A DNA stretch of 63,886 nt, counting the filler, from Octopus bimaculoides (lineage: Eukaryota): assembly GCF_001194135.2 (NCBI RefSeq). It is 6 parts of 4 records of this genome, joined end to end, with 100 filler letters (N's around TTAATTAATTAA, not from the genome) between each part and the next. Parts side by side here need not be neighbours in the genome. Positions count along the whole stretch, not along the records: positions 20,917 to 41,030 come from NC_068987.1; positions 41,131 to 52,964 come from NC_068991.1; 4 more parts are not named here. One strand, given 5' to 3'. The position numbers were made by a program, and so were the translations under genes. Each line of letters starts with the position of its first letter. Position 1 is the first letter of the stretch. Shown piece by piece: positions 33,570 through 46,899 of this stretch. The notes under the pieces are model-generated. The model made no database searches and had not been told where the DNA came from. It saw nothing but the letters and a program-made list of their open reading frames with translations.

Positions 33570-34377
33570 NNNNNNNNNNNNNNNNNNNNNNNNNNNNNNN
33601 NNNNNNNNNNNNNNNNNNNNNNNNNNNNNNNNNNNNNNNNNNNNNNNNNNNNNNNNNNNNNNNNNNNNNNNNNNNNNNNNNNNNNNNNNNNNNNNNNNNN
33701 NNNNNNNNNNNNNNNNNNNNNNNNNNNNNNNNNNNNNNNNNNNNNNNNNNNNNNNNNNNNNNNNNNNNNNNNNNNNNNNNNNNNNNNNNNNNNNNNNNNN
33801 NNNNNNNNNNNNNNNNNNNNNNNNNNNNNNNNNNNNNNNNNNNNNNNNNNNNNNNNNNNNNNNNNNNNNNNNNNNNNNNNNNNNNNNNNNNNNNNNGGGT
33901 GCGTGTGTTTCATCGTTGTTGTTGCTACTGCTTTTACTAGTGATGCTGCTATTTTTGTTGTTGCTGCTGTTGATGTTGTTTAGCCCCAATTTAGACCTGA
34001 TCAAGCAAACCAATGTCCAAAGCTCTGATAGTACATCAAGGATTACTTTACGCAACGGTGTCCTTCAATTTTAAAGACTGTGGGTTATGAAAGAAGCAAT
34101 GGCATTGGTGTCGACATTTTGTACAGGCCCGGGCAAAACTCGGCTAGAAAACTATGAGAACAGGCAAACTTTAAATCCGGAATAATATGAGGGACTTTTT
34201 TGTGGGTAAATCAAATTCAAATCACATTTCAGTTTTATTGTAAAGTTACAATAAATATACAGAGTGAAACATGGAAGACGGTAACCAATAAAAAGAAAAA
34301 AAAGTTTCCACATTTTACCGCAAAACGAAGAAAGCTGTCTTAAAATTTTATCTTTTTTTTCTTTTTTCTTTTTCATC

Positions 34378-35620
34378 AACTCCTGGGAATCGTGCTTAAA
34401 TTGTTCAGTCTGTTATCTACAAAAGAATTCCAGGTAAGTTTTGAAAAACTGAGTTCACAGGCTGCACCTCTTGCAAGCTGTGTTACAGTGATTTGAAGTT
34501 GTTTGAAGAGTTCCAGGAAGGCATCTCTATGGGGATTCTAAAGTTCAAGTAACTCAGTCAGTGAGTTCGAAATACGTGACTTCTGCTCATTGAAACGCTT
34601 GGTACTGTAACAATCTGCCTTCAAGGCGTCAAAGTCCAGCCAATATGTCTCTGAAGTGGCTATGAGATCACAATTCTTGAGAAACTGGTTATTTGGGTGA
34701 TTAAGATCAGACGGTTCGTAGTCATAATAACTTTCTGCCGAAAAGTGGCGTAGGAGCTCTGAGAAAATTCGATCTAGGAATAGGAATTAGAGCGAAAATC
34801 AGCTGCTTGTGGACCGGCTTCTGTTACTTCTCGGAACACCTAGTCCTCCAAATGCCACGCTAATTTTCCCCACCGGTTTGTCTTCTCTTAAACCAGCTGG
34901 TTGTAGTTAATAAGCTCAATGACCTGCTGCTAGATCGTCCAAGTTACTTCACTCCTCATAAGAATTCCCAATGCAACTGGATAACAATTCACTTACTACA
35001 TTTATATCCAGTTAAGAAGTTTGTAGCAAATTTGTCAGAAGTTTGCTTCGTAGAACTTGCCCGAAGAGGACGAGGGGAAGACAAGACAAAAAGAGACAGA
35101 AATGATTTGTCTTCAGTTTGTGTCTCCGATAGTTTGCTATCCTTACTGAAATGTGATAATGTATCCAAAATGAATGGAAGTGTAAAATGCACAGCATTAC
35201 ATAATGCATTCTGAGAGAGCCATAGGACAAGCTTTTCAGCTCCACTGGCTATTCGCTTTTTCTTCCTGTAACTAGTTAAAGTACTGAGGCACAATGAACC
35301 GAGGCATAAACGGGCAGAATTGCACAGTGTAAAGAAAAATTCGCTCGCGTCCTTTTATGCATTCAACAGCTGGTTGAATGGAAATGCATGTCTACGCAAA
35401 TGGGGCCGCAGCTTTGCTTGAACACCAGCAATTTTTTCCGTTCATGACCGAAGTAGTCGTCATCACAAATACAGTTCAGCACTGACAATGTGCAACTTCA
35501 GAAGTGATTCGGCATCATACTTAATACCCATATCATTCGTGTTTAAGAGCAGAAAAGGGTTGGATGCCTCTGACAAGGGGCGTCCTTGAAAGAAATATTC
35601 TCAATGGTCAAACGTTATCA
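34378..35620 (-). pseudogene. hAT transposase relic (catalytic to C-terminal dimerization region)
   Basis: Minus-strand fragments SVMNGK..GVQAKL, DASEFFFTL, ELKSLS..ALCNAVHFTLPFILDTL, FLDRIFSELLRHFS and DAFLELFKQLQI..AACELSFSKL..DNRLNNL, with stops and frameshifts. Confidence 0.8.
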
Positions 35621-35699
35621 AGACAGCTGAGTTTATCCAACGTTCAAAACATCAATAACGATTATTCCAGTTTGTTGATGAAAATTATCACTGAGTAGT

Positions 35700-36690
35700 T
35701 CAAAGTGGCGGAGTCCACAAGCAGACGTGTGGTGCACAGGGACATAATGCACAGTTTTTACGGGATGAGGAGAGAGCATATTTCTTTGCTTCAGGTCAAA
35801 GCGCTTTGTGAACAAACTCAAGTACTTCGAGAAACCCGCCATGCATTGATTTTTCTATGGAGAAAAACTTCACCTAGAACAAGAAAATAAACAGAAAAAA
35901 TGACAGCTGACTCTGCGCGTACCCCACAAAAGTATCTACGGTGGAGCACGCGAAATTTTCTTCGTCTCTGTTGGTCCTAGGAATCTTAACCAACGGGAGC
36001 TTGTCATCCCACTTCAAGTTTTCTTGCAGGGCTTCAGACTTTATTCAACCACCAATACCGAAGTGCAAAATGCAGATTTCCATATCTAATGTGTTCTTTT
36101 CTTATTTAAGACGTTGGGCATGACTTTGTATAATTTAGCTGCTATTTCTAAAAGTCCGAGTGACCATTTAGAAACTCGCTCTTTGACTCATCGAAGAGAG
36201 AATTGGCAATAAATCTGGCGCCAGTGTTAAAATTAGATCACTGTAAAGTTTCTACGGAGCCGACATTTCAACTTGGCAATGCAGCAAATCTCAGTACTGT
36301 TTTTAGATCCTGGATCGCTTCGATGTACAAAAGGATCTCAATGATCAGAATGAACGGCTGCCTATTTGAATCCATTTGAATCACAAGCTCGGTCCATCGA
36401 AGGTGTTTTCTATCGTCGCGGTTGTATGATTCGACTTCTCAGTGACCACTGTGAAAGTTTGATGGGTTTAAAGCTCTAATTCTGCTCTAAATATCACATA
36501 AGAGAGTTATGTCTGCATATACAGACGACATCACCACCAAGCTGTCGGAAATCTCAGATATCAAAATGATCAGTCCCATATTGAAAGAATGTGAAACGGT
36601 TACGTGAGCAACACATTAGCCAAGACAAGTTAATGACCTTGCAAATTGGCAACTGGAAAAGTAAGTCCATGTCAACCAGAATATGAAGCT
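35700..36690 (+). mobile_element. Tx1/L1-clade LINE RT relic
   Basis: Degenerate RT motifs FRLYSTTNTEV, LDHCKV..VFRSWIASMY, IRMNG..ITSSVHRRCFLSSRLY and SAYTDDIT. Confidence 0.7.
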
Positions 36691-37826
36691 GAACTGAGGA
36701 TGGGGTTCAAGTATTCTATGATCTGGTTAAGTCAAGACATTCAATGCAATCTCACTCAAAAATGAACAAAGGGGAAGTTCTGTCCACGAATATTTAAGCC
36801 GAGATATCCTCCTCCTTCAGCACAGAGCAGGCCAGAGGCCACGACCAGTAGGTTTTTCCATTCATCTTGCAATGATGAAGAAGGATTAAAGGATTAACAG
36901 TAGTGACAACTGTCGCTAACAGTGCCAGAAAACAAAACAAACGCAAGAAAATGAGAAAGCTAACCAAAGACGAAGAAGATTAATACACAAGAGCAGGAGA
37001 CCATTGACGGTTTTTGAAAAGTCAATAATATAGCACATGTGTGACAGTGTGGTAACAAGTTTGCTTCCCAAGCACGTCATTCTGGATTCAGTCTCACTGT
37101 GTGGCACCTTGGGCAAGTCTCTTCTGCTGTAGCCCCGGGCCGACTAAAGCCTTGCGATCTTTTCTGTTTGACTGCCAATTTTCAATCTCTTCAATTTTTG
37201 TTCGAACTGATTTCATATTCGGTGTCACAGACACATTCATGCCTCTTCCCATAGTAACAAGCCAAACATGAGAACTCTTTTGTCTGCGAGAAAGCACGAG
37301 TTGACAAATATATTCCATTTACTGACTTGGTGGTGAGATGTGCTAAAAATAACAGCTAAATAGGCCTTAAATCACGCATCCCCAGATTTTTTGTTTCGGT
37401 GTTTGCATAATCGTATGAATTCCTGCGTGTAGAATACAAATTCGCGAAAATTTTCTGAAAATTCCAAAAAATAAAAAATTCATGAAGGATTATATGGTTA
37501 TATGCCTAAAGCAGAATTCTACCAGTATTTCATTTGTTTACAGTTGACAATACGAGCTGTCATGCACAAAATGACAGCTTCCAAATTTTGTTTCCTAACT
37601 GAGTGAAAATGATCAAACTTTAAAACTCTACAACTTTTTAAAAACAACTTTTCTGAAAAAAGTGAAATATCTCCTGAGATTCAGGTTGGAAAACTACATT
37701 AATGTACCAAATTTTAAAATTTCCAATAAACTTCAAATTTCGAAAATGTGTAGGCATTTATTGTGAGTGTATTCATCCAGTAGACGAAATCTGAAAGAAG
37801 CCCGTCGTGTGTGCGTGCGTGCGTGC

Positions 37827-37861
<35 letters not shown>

Positions 37862-38357
37862 CATGCGTGTGTGCGTGAGTGCGTTTGTTCCCCACCACGA
37901 CTTGACAACTGGTGTTGGTTTGTTTGCGTCTGCGTAAATTAGTGGTTCGGCATTTGAACCTGATAGAATAATTACCAGACTTCAAANNNNNNNNNNNNNN
38001 NNNNNNNNNNNNNNNNNNNNNNNNNNNNNNNNNNNNNNNNNNNNNNNNNNNNNNNNNNNNNNNNNNNNNNNNNNNNNNNNNNNNNNNNNNNNNNNNNNNN
38101 NNNNNNNNNNNNNNNNNNNNNNNNNNNNNNNNNNNNNNNNNNNNNNNNNNNNNNNNNNNNNNNNNNNNNNNNNNNNNNNNNNNNNNNNNNNNNNNNNNNN
38201 NNNNNNNNNNNNNNNNNNNNNNNNNNNNNNNNNNNNNNNNNNNNNNNNNNNNNNNNNNNNNNNNNNNNNNNNNNNNNNNNNNNNNNNNNNNNNNNNNNNN
38301 NNNNNNNNNNNNNNNNNNNNNNNGTGGTGGTGGTGGTGCTGGTGGTGGTGGTGGTGT

Positions 38358-38404
<47 letters not shown>

Positions 38405-38923
38405 ATGGTGGTGGTGGTGGTGCTGGTGGTGCTGGTGGTGCTGGTGCTGGTGTCAAGCGTCTATAAAAAGTGGATATACAGCTGCCGCATTCCTTGCAAT
38501 AACGTCCGTTAATTCCCTTCTTCCTGGTCTTTTAACGTCCTTTAGTGTTAGTCTACATTAAACTTCCTAGAGGGAAAAACACAGGTGGTGTTAAAGCCAG
38601 AACAAGATTTCTAAAATAAGTGACAAGGCCTTAAAGTTTGCGAGTAGATATAACAAGAAATGAAGAAGACAGTGTTGACGAGACGTTTTAATCGGCTCAA
38701 GAACAATAGACAACGTTCAGTCCTTTTATAAAAGGCATAGTGACCGGATGTAGGCCCTAATGGACAATGGTAAGTTATTTTCTGTCATGAATTCGGCTCG
38801 TGCCGTGACACCTTCCCTCGATATTCGTTTGACCCTTTCCTTTACTAAAATTGGTTACTCACAAAGTGGCCATATAAAGGATTAATTGGTCATCTAAGGA
38901 TTAATAGTTACTGCTTTGGAGTT

Positions 38924-38970
<47 letters not shown>

Positions 38971-39340
38971 ATTGTTTTGTGGAGCGACGGTCTTTTTGCT
39001 TTGATTTTCATAAGAATTTTGTTTTCTGATTTTCCTTCTATATACATACAGACAGACAGACAGACAGATATACATACATATATACATACATACATACATA
39101 CATACATACATACATACATACATACATACATACATANNNNNNNNNNNNNNNNNNNNNNNNNNNNNNNNNNNNNNNNNNNNNNNNNNNNNNNNNNNNNNNN
39201 NNNNNNNNNNNNNNNNNNNNNNNNNNNNNNNNNNNNNNNNNNNNNNNNNNNNNNNNNNNNNNNNNNNNNNNNNNNNNNNNNNNNNNNNNNNNNNNNNNNN
39301 NNNNNNNNNNNNNNNNNNNNNNNNNNNNNNNNNNNNNNNT

Positions 39341-41002
39341 AGACACCAACTTGCAGTTCCTCTGACCAACATCTGGAGAAATTCTTTAGACTCAGGTTAT
39401 ATACCGAAACAGCTCCTATCCCAGTCTGTCATCCCGGTTTTCAAACAAGGAAACAGATCCCTCGCAGTCAACTATCGCCCAATCTCACTCACCTCCCACA
39501 TCATTAAAGTGTTTGAAAGGGTAGTAAGATCAAGGATAGCTGACTTCCTGGAGACCCACAAACTCCTAAATGCAAACCAGCATGGCTTTCGCTGTGGCAA
39601 GGACTGTCTAACACAGCTCTTACACCACATTGAAGATATACTTAAAGCCTTGGGAACAGGCTCGGACGCTGATGTCATATATCTTGACTTCAGTAAAGCC
39701 TTCGACAGGGTTGACCATAATATCTTACTCGCAAAATTGGCAAAAGTTGGAATCCATGGAAAACTTCTACACTGGATTAAGTATTTCCTGGAGAACATAA
39801 CACAAGAAGTTGTGGTCGATGGAGTCCACTCAAGCCCAGCAAAAGTCACCAGTGGTGTCCCTCAGGGGACTGTCTTAGGCCCGCTCCTCTTTATAATTTA
39901 TATAAATGACCTTTCCACCGTCGTAAATCACTGCAAAGTGAAAATATTTGCTGATGACACTAAGCTCCAGCAAATCATCAATTTAGAAGAAGACCGATCC
40001 CAACTCCAGACTGATCTATATGCTGTGAGTCAATGGGCAGATAAAAACAAAATGAAAGTGAACGAGGGAAAATTTGAGCTGATGCATTTTGGAAGAAAGT
40101 CTGTACTAAAACAGCCATACTCTCTTCCTTCAGGGGAACCGCTCACGGCATCCAATAATATCAGTGATCTGGGTGTAATTGTTGACAACAATCTCAACTG
40201 GAGTGCCCACATCAACAATAAGGTCAATATAGTTGGTAGGATGAGCTCCTGGATCTTAAGAACCTTCCGGTCCAGAGAACAAGGTGTCATCATTCCACTT
40301 TTCTCCTCCTTTGTACGGCCACACCTCGAATACTGCTGCCCTTTGTGGTCTCCCCATNNNNNNNNNNCCACTTTTCTCCTCCTTTGTACGGCCACACCTC
40401 GAATACTGCTGCCCTTTGTGGTCTCCCCATACTAAACATAACTTCTCGAGGATTGTATCACCCCAGAGGGCACTCACTAAACGAATTGAAGGCATGACCG
40501 ATATTGATTACTGGGACCGCCTTAAAGCCTTGAAGCTCTACTCTCTCCAGCGCCGCCGCGAGCGGTACATCATCTATACGATGTGGAAAATATACCACCA
40601 GCATTGCCCAAACGACCTGAACATTAGTTTCAAGGTTCATCCAAGGCTGAGACCACAAGCCATACGTCCCCTGCCCAATTCATGATCACAACATATAGGT
40701 ACACTGCGGCATAATTTCTTTTCCTCAACAGGCCCTGCCGTGTTTAACGTTGTCCCGAAACAGATAAAAGAAGAAAAGGATCCTATCAGTTTTAAACGGA
40801 GTCTAGATAGATTTCTTCAAAGAATACCAGACAAGCCACCCATACCTGGATACAACTCACTCAATAAGAACTCACTACTTGAATGGACCATAGACCAAAC
40901 TTGACAGTAAAAAGGATTTAGATAATCCTATCAGGTGGTGCTATTAAGTTAGACACGGCTTGGACCAATCTTTGGTCGAAACATATCTAAGTTTATCTAA
41001 GT
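39341..41002 (+). mobile_element. CR1-group LINE 3' portion (RT domain, 3' UTR, TCTAAGTTTA tail repeats)
   Basis: ORF 39509-40435 has YRPISLT, QHGFR, YLDFSKAFDRVDH, SGVPQGTVLGPLLF, FADDTK and RPHLEYCCPLWSP; terminal hairpin GACCAA..TTGGTC. Confidence 0.93.
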
Positions 41003-41030
41003 TTGTGTGTGTGTATATATATATATATAT

Positions 41031-41130
41031 NNNNNNNNNNNNNNNNNNNNNNNNNNNNNNNNNNNNNNNNNNNNTTAATTAATTAANNNNNNNNNNNNNN
41101 NNNNNNNNNNNNNNNNNNNNNNNNNNNNNN
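41031..41130. other. Artificial scaffold linker (TTAATTAATTAA at 41075-41086)
   Basis: Same design as the other linkers. Confidence 0.9.
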
Positions 41131-41177
<47 letters not shown>

Positions 41178-41212
41178 ATATATGTGTGTGTGTATATATA
41201 TATTTCTATATG

Positions 41213-42170
41213 TCCCATGCTGGCCCTGCCTGTGAAACTCACTGCCTAATCAATTTTCTAGACATCCTACTAAGACCCTTGCTGAAATACATCAAAAGTT
41301 TCATTAGAGACGATCTAGATATAGTTGATATCCTACCAAAATCAACTAATGAACAGACATTATAGTTTTCCTACGATGTTATTACTCTTTACACTAATAT
41401 CCCACATGACTATGGAACAGGAGCAATAAAATTATGGCTGGAAAAGTATCCCAAAGAACTTCCGGGGCACATAAACTAGGTTTTTATTATTGAAACTTTA
41501 AAATTTATACTTCAGAACAATTATTTCCTATTTGATGACACCTAGTATTGTCAAAAATGCGGAATGGAATTGCGATGAGAACGAAAGTAACCCTTGTTCT
41601 TGCAAACCAAGCATTCAATATCATCGTCCAAAATCTTCCAATACTCCATAGGACCCCAAACTTAAGGAAATTCTATGTAACCATAAAATTATTAAGAGCA
41701 GCAAACAGCCTAAGACATTGAAGAAGATTCTCACCAATGCCAAGCTGTTATCTAGAACAACGGACGCAAGTGTTATAAAGTGTTGTCGCCCTAATTACGG
41801 AACATGTCCCAATCTGTTAGAAGGATCGTAATTCTATTTCAGATAAGGACAAATATTCATAATCAAATCTAACTTCACTTGCGCCTCCCAAAACCTCATT
41901 TACTTAATCAGATGCTCGGGCTGCCATCGAAACTATGTTGGCTCGACAGGAAATTCGATCCGAAAGAGATGTACGGTCCACAGACAACAAATTTTCTCCC
42001 CACAATATCGGCAAATATACCTCAGTCAACACATTGACGAATGTGCAGAACGATTACAACCACAATTCATAATTTTCTCATTTTATCAACTTACCTTCTG
42101 GACATCAACACAAGTAAGACTGAATAAAGAAGCCTCATTTATCCAAAAATATTAACCAGAATTAAATATG
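41213..42170 (+). mobile_element. Penelope-like element relic (RT N-terminal part + Cys-rich linker + GIY-YIG endonuclease), probably Neptune type
   Basis: FLDILLRPLL, YDVITLYTNIPH, ILQNNYFLFDD and GIAMRTKVTLVLAN; then KCCRPNYGTCP and NLIYLIRCSGC..YVGSTG..RCTVHRQQI..KEASFIQKY*PELN; RT catalytic core deleted near 41610. Confidence 0.88.
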
Positions 42171-42526
42171 AAACTATATTCAAGATAAAGGACTTACCTC
42201 ACCTAATATAAGCTATAAGCCAGAATAAAATAGAAAACACAAATACAAGCAAAAAATAAAAATTACAGATTTACCTCCCCTTTACTGCAAAATAAATGAA
42301 TGAACAATTATCTCTCCTAGCAATATATCGTTTTCAACTCTCAGTTTGATGAGCAATGCGACACCGGTCCTTACTTCAATTATGCTGAAAAAACAAAGAA
42401 CATATTTTGTACAATGTTGTATATCTTTTTTGTCAGGGCTCTAATATACTCTTAAATCCTGTAAAACAAATGTGCTTTTTTCTTTTTTATCTTTTATCTT
42501 TCTCTCAATCACTTTCTCTCTATATA

Positions 42527-42610
<84 letters not shown>

Positions 42611-43409
42611 NNNNNNNNNNNNNNNNNNNNNNNNNNNNNNNNNNNNNNNNNNNNNNNNNNNNNNNNNNNNNNNNNNNNNNNNNNNNNNNNNNNNNNNNNN
42701 NNNNNNNNNNNNNNNNNNNNNNNNNNNNNNNNNNNNNNNNNNNNNNNNNNNNNNNNNNNNNNNNNNNNNNNNNNNNNNNNNNNNNNNNNNNNNNNNNNNN
42801 NNNNNNNNNNNNNNNNNNNNNNNNNNNNNNNNNNNNNNNNNNNNNNNNNNNNNNNNNNNNNNNNNNNNNNNNNNNNNNNNNNNNNNNNNNNNNNNNNNNN
42901 NNNNNNNNNNNNNNNNNNNNNNNNNNNNNNNNNNNNNNNNNNNNNNNNNNNNNNNNNNNNNNNNNNNNNNNNNNNNNNNNNNNNNNNNNNNNNNNNNNNN
43001 NNNNNNNNNNNNNNNNNNNNNNNNNNNNNNNNNNNNNNNNNNNNNNNNNNNNNNNNNNNNNNNNNNNNNNNNNNNNNNNNNNNNNNNNNNNNNNNNNNNN
43101 NNNNNNNNNNNNNNNNNNNNNNNNNNNNNNNNNNNNNNNNNNNNNNNNNNNNNNNNNNNNNNNNNNNNNNNNNNNNNNNNNNNNNNNNNNNNNNNNNNNN
43201 NNNNNNNNNNNNNNNNNNNNNNNNNNNNNNNNNNNNNNNNNNNNNNNNNNNNNNNNNNNNNNNNNNNNNNNNNNNNNNNNNNNNNNNNNNNNNNNNNNNN
43301 NNNNNNNNNNNNNNNNNNNNNNNNNNNNNNNNNNNNNNNNNNNNNNNNNNNNNNNNNNNNNNNNNNNNNNNNNNNNNNNNNNNNNNNNNNNNNNNNNNNN
43401 NNNNNNNNN

Positions 43410-43451
<42 letters not shown>

Positions 43452-43957
43452 CAGACAGAACGGCGAAATGAGAGGAAAATATTACAGAAAGGGCAATAGA
43501 GAAAGAAACGAGAGGGAGAAAAGGGGAGATAAAAGTAAAAAGAGAAAGGAGCAGAGAAAAAAGGGAGGAAAACGAAAGAGTAATAGAATAATAGTATAGA
43601 ATACAATCACATCAGAATTATTAAGATAAAACTCATTTGGAAATGGATGCGTGGCCTTCATTCATATAATAATACAAATAATATATATATGCATATATAC
43701 ATATGTATTTGTACATACTTACATATAAACGTATATATATGCCTCTTGTCCAAGCATGCTTCTCTGCGTTCGCAAGTAGGTGTTCCCTGGTATTATGACA
43801 TCCTAGGGTGTAAGGCTAAAAAGGTGAAGGTTGGTGAAAGGGAAAGGGAAGAAGAGTAAGAAGAGGATTGACCACCAGATAATGGAGCAGGGAACCCTGT
43901 CAAAGACTTTCTTCATGTATGTATGCATGTATGTATGTATGTATGTGTGTGTGTGTG

Positions 43958-44009
<52 letters not shown>

Positions 44010-44028
44010 GCATGTATGTATATATATA

Positions 44029-44367
44029 AATTTACACGAAGCGCAATGATGCTTAAAATTGTACACCTGCTAGAAATAAGAGCTAAAGTTTTAATTAATT
44101 CACCGTACAGCACCAAGATAACAGAAAAAAACAGTATGCGAGGAAAACGGACAGAATTAATACATTCAAAAGCACAAAATCGTATATTATGCACTTTAGG
44201 ATATCCACATACCCCGGTTTCGGCTTTTGGATATTTAATCCTTGAGCCGCTTCAGTGTGAACCACCAAGTAAGAATTCACGACTGTCACGATGAACTCCG
44301 ATGTGCAACTGGTTTTGTTTCGCACCAAAAACACAGCACACGGTGCAAATTTCGCTTCGTGCAAATT
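44029..44367. mobile_element. MITE-like element of unknown superfamily
   Basis: TIR AATTT(A/G)CACGAAGCG at both ends, TA on both flanks. Confidence 0.6.
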
Positions 44368-44650
44368 TACAATTCATAGCCATATTGCTGATTCTAAAAT
44401 GAGCCATTGTCATCATTTTCATCATTTTAATTTCTATGCTGGCATGGGTTGGACGAAATTTATTACGGCAGAGTTTCTATGGCCCAATGCTGCCAACTCT
44501 CCATGGCTAATATTGAAATCAAACGATACTGCTTGTATGACAGCGACACTTGTTTACAACTATTTATTCAATGTCAGACATCGGTGTAAAATCGCGCTGG
44601 GTGGAGAGCCAAATCTAAAACTGGAGTGGTGATTAGGCTGTAGAGTGGGT

Positions 44651-44722
<72 letters not shown>

Positions 44723-44811
44723 CAGGCTCAGTAGAAGATCCCACATTTCAATCAACACGGGCATCAAAGCACAGAAGAGGCTATTACGTGGAACATGACC
44801 CATGTAATTTA

Positions 44812-46650
44812 TTTATTCTATTTATTTCATTTTATTTTATTTTATCTACTTTCAGCTCACGAGCAGTGGCCATGCTGGGCACTGCCATTTGCTGTTGCTA
44901 CATAATCTTATTTCACGAATGCTTTTCAGGAATTGACATTTGGTGCATAAGAGAGTTTGATGCAGCTGCCCTCATCTGCACCTCCTGCTGCGAAGTTGGT
45001 TCATCTGGGACACTTGACAGGAAGAGGTCCAGCTTTATTTTGAAGATGCCTACATCACCCGCATGCAGGTCTCTCAGGTCCTTCGGGTAGATATTGAAGA
45101 GCTGTGGACCTCTGAAGCCCAGGCTATTGCAGTATCTTGTCCTATATCTTGATGGAAGATTTGGAGTCCTTGGCACTATGCAGTGGCACCCAGTTCTAGT
45201 ATTTGTGTCACTCTCGATGCCAAAGTTTGGGACAAGTCCTTCCAGGATCTTCCAGATGTATGTTATGGCATATCTTTCTCGCCTACGCTCTAAGGAATAG
45301 AGTCTTAATCTCTTGAGTCTTTCCCAATAGCTTATATGCTGCATAGAGGCTATCTTCTTCGTGTAGCTTCGTTAGATTGCCTCAAGTTGTGAGATTAATT
45401 TGACACTGGTTGGTGACCATAGCTGAGAGCAATGATCAAAGTGGCTTAGGACAAGTGTTCTCCAGAGGACCATCATGGTTTCCTCATCTCTTGTTCTAAA
45501 AGTTCTAAGAATTCATCCGGTCAGCCGCCTGCATTTCATTGCCAATTTAGCAACATGCACGTGAAAGGATGCATCATTACTCATGTAAATGCCCAGGTCT
45601 CGCACTGACTATGCCTCTGGGATTGCAGTCCCTCCAGGTCCAGTGTATTTAATGGGCATTGCATTTAGTTTTGCATGCTGAGAGCACAAGGCTTGAAACT
45701 TTTCAGCATTAAACTGCATGCTATTCATTTCAGCCCACTTGTATATTTCATCCAGCTCACATTGCAGGTGCATAGTGTCTTCAGGGTTCTTTATTACGTG
45801 TGAGACCTTTGTACCATCTGCATAACTTGTGATCGTGGCTCTCTGTGTGGCTGAGAGGGTATGTCTGAGAGGGCATGTCTGAGAGGGCCATTATGAACAG
45901 TAGTGGTCCCAAAACAGTGCCTTGCGGAACACCGCTCACTATTTGCGTGTCATTGGCTACTACCACCGGACTTCTATCCCAATTTTCCAACTATGCCGAG
46001 ATCACGCAGTTTGTTACATATCATTCCATGATCGACTTTATGAAAGGCCTTTGCAAAGTCGAGATATATCACTTCCACATTTGAGTAGTTGAGCAGCTGT
46101 TTCAGTACCCCGTCATTGTGTTGTAAGAGCTGAGTCAGGCAGCTTTTTCTTGGTCGGAAAACATGTTGGGTTTTAGGCAGCAAGTCATTTTCATCAAGGA
46201 AGGTGATTAGTTTTCTTCTGACTATTCGTTCCATGACCTTGCTGATGTGCGAGGTCAGAGAGATAGGTCTGTAGTTCTTGGCCTCCACTCTGCTACCTCC
46301 TTTATGAATAGGGCATATTTTACCTTCCTTCAGTTTTCTTGGAAGTTTGCCAGTTGCAAAGAAGCTCTGAAAGAGGGACTGCAGTGGTCTTGCTAGAACT
46401 TGCTTACATACTTTTAGAAGGATTGCTGGGAATCCATCAGGGTCAGTAGCTGAGTTTGGGTTCATTTCATCTCGCTATTACATCGTGCTCCTTTATATTG
46501 ATGTAATCGATCATCATTGCCTCTGTTTTTATATCTGCAGTAGTAAAACGTCAGTTGGATTGCTGGTTTGAAAGTGCCCTAAGGGAGGAGTGAAAATACT
46601 TTTGAATTGCTCATTTAGTATTTCACTTATCCTCATTGTATAAATAAAAT
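44812..46650 (-). mobile_element. CR1-group LINE 3' portion (second family)
   Basis: ATDPDGFP, NYRPISLTSHISKVMERIV, YLDFAKAFHKVDH, SGVPQGTVLGPLLF and LYSLERRRERY; short 3' UTR ending GCAGTGCCCAGCATGGCC..CTGAAAGTAGATAAAATAAAAT. Confidence 0.92.
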
Positions 46651-46846
46651 AGAGAAAACATATTTGGAATTTGTTGTTTAACACTGAGGAGGTGAATTAA
46701 TAAGAATATAAAAACTTTGAACAAGCACTCATGTAATCCGTGAGGTTAACTTGCTGAGATGCATGTGTAAATATATATACATGCACACGCATACACACAC
46801 ACACATAATACATACATACAAACACATACATATACTTACACACACA

Positions 46847-46899
<53 letters not shown>

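Noticed and set aside
34124-34147. CAGGCCCGGGCAAAACTCGGCTAG as a hAT TIR or Helitron 3' end
   Set aside because: No matching partner end found; ambiguous
40295-40430. Direct duplication around a 10-N gap in the LINE
   Set aside because: Typical unmerged contig overlap; the same pattern occurs at 22756-22900
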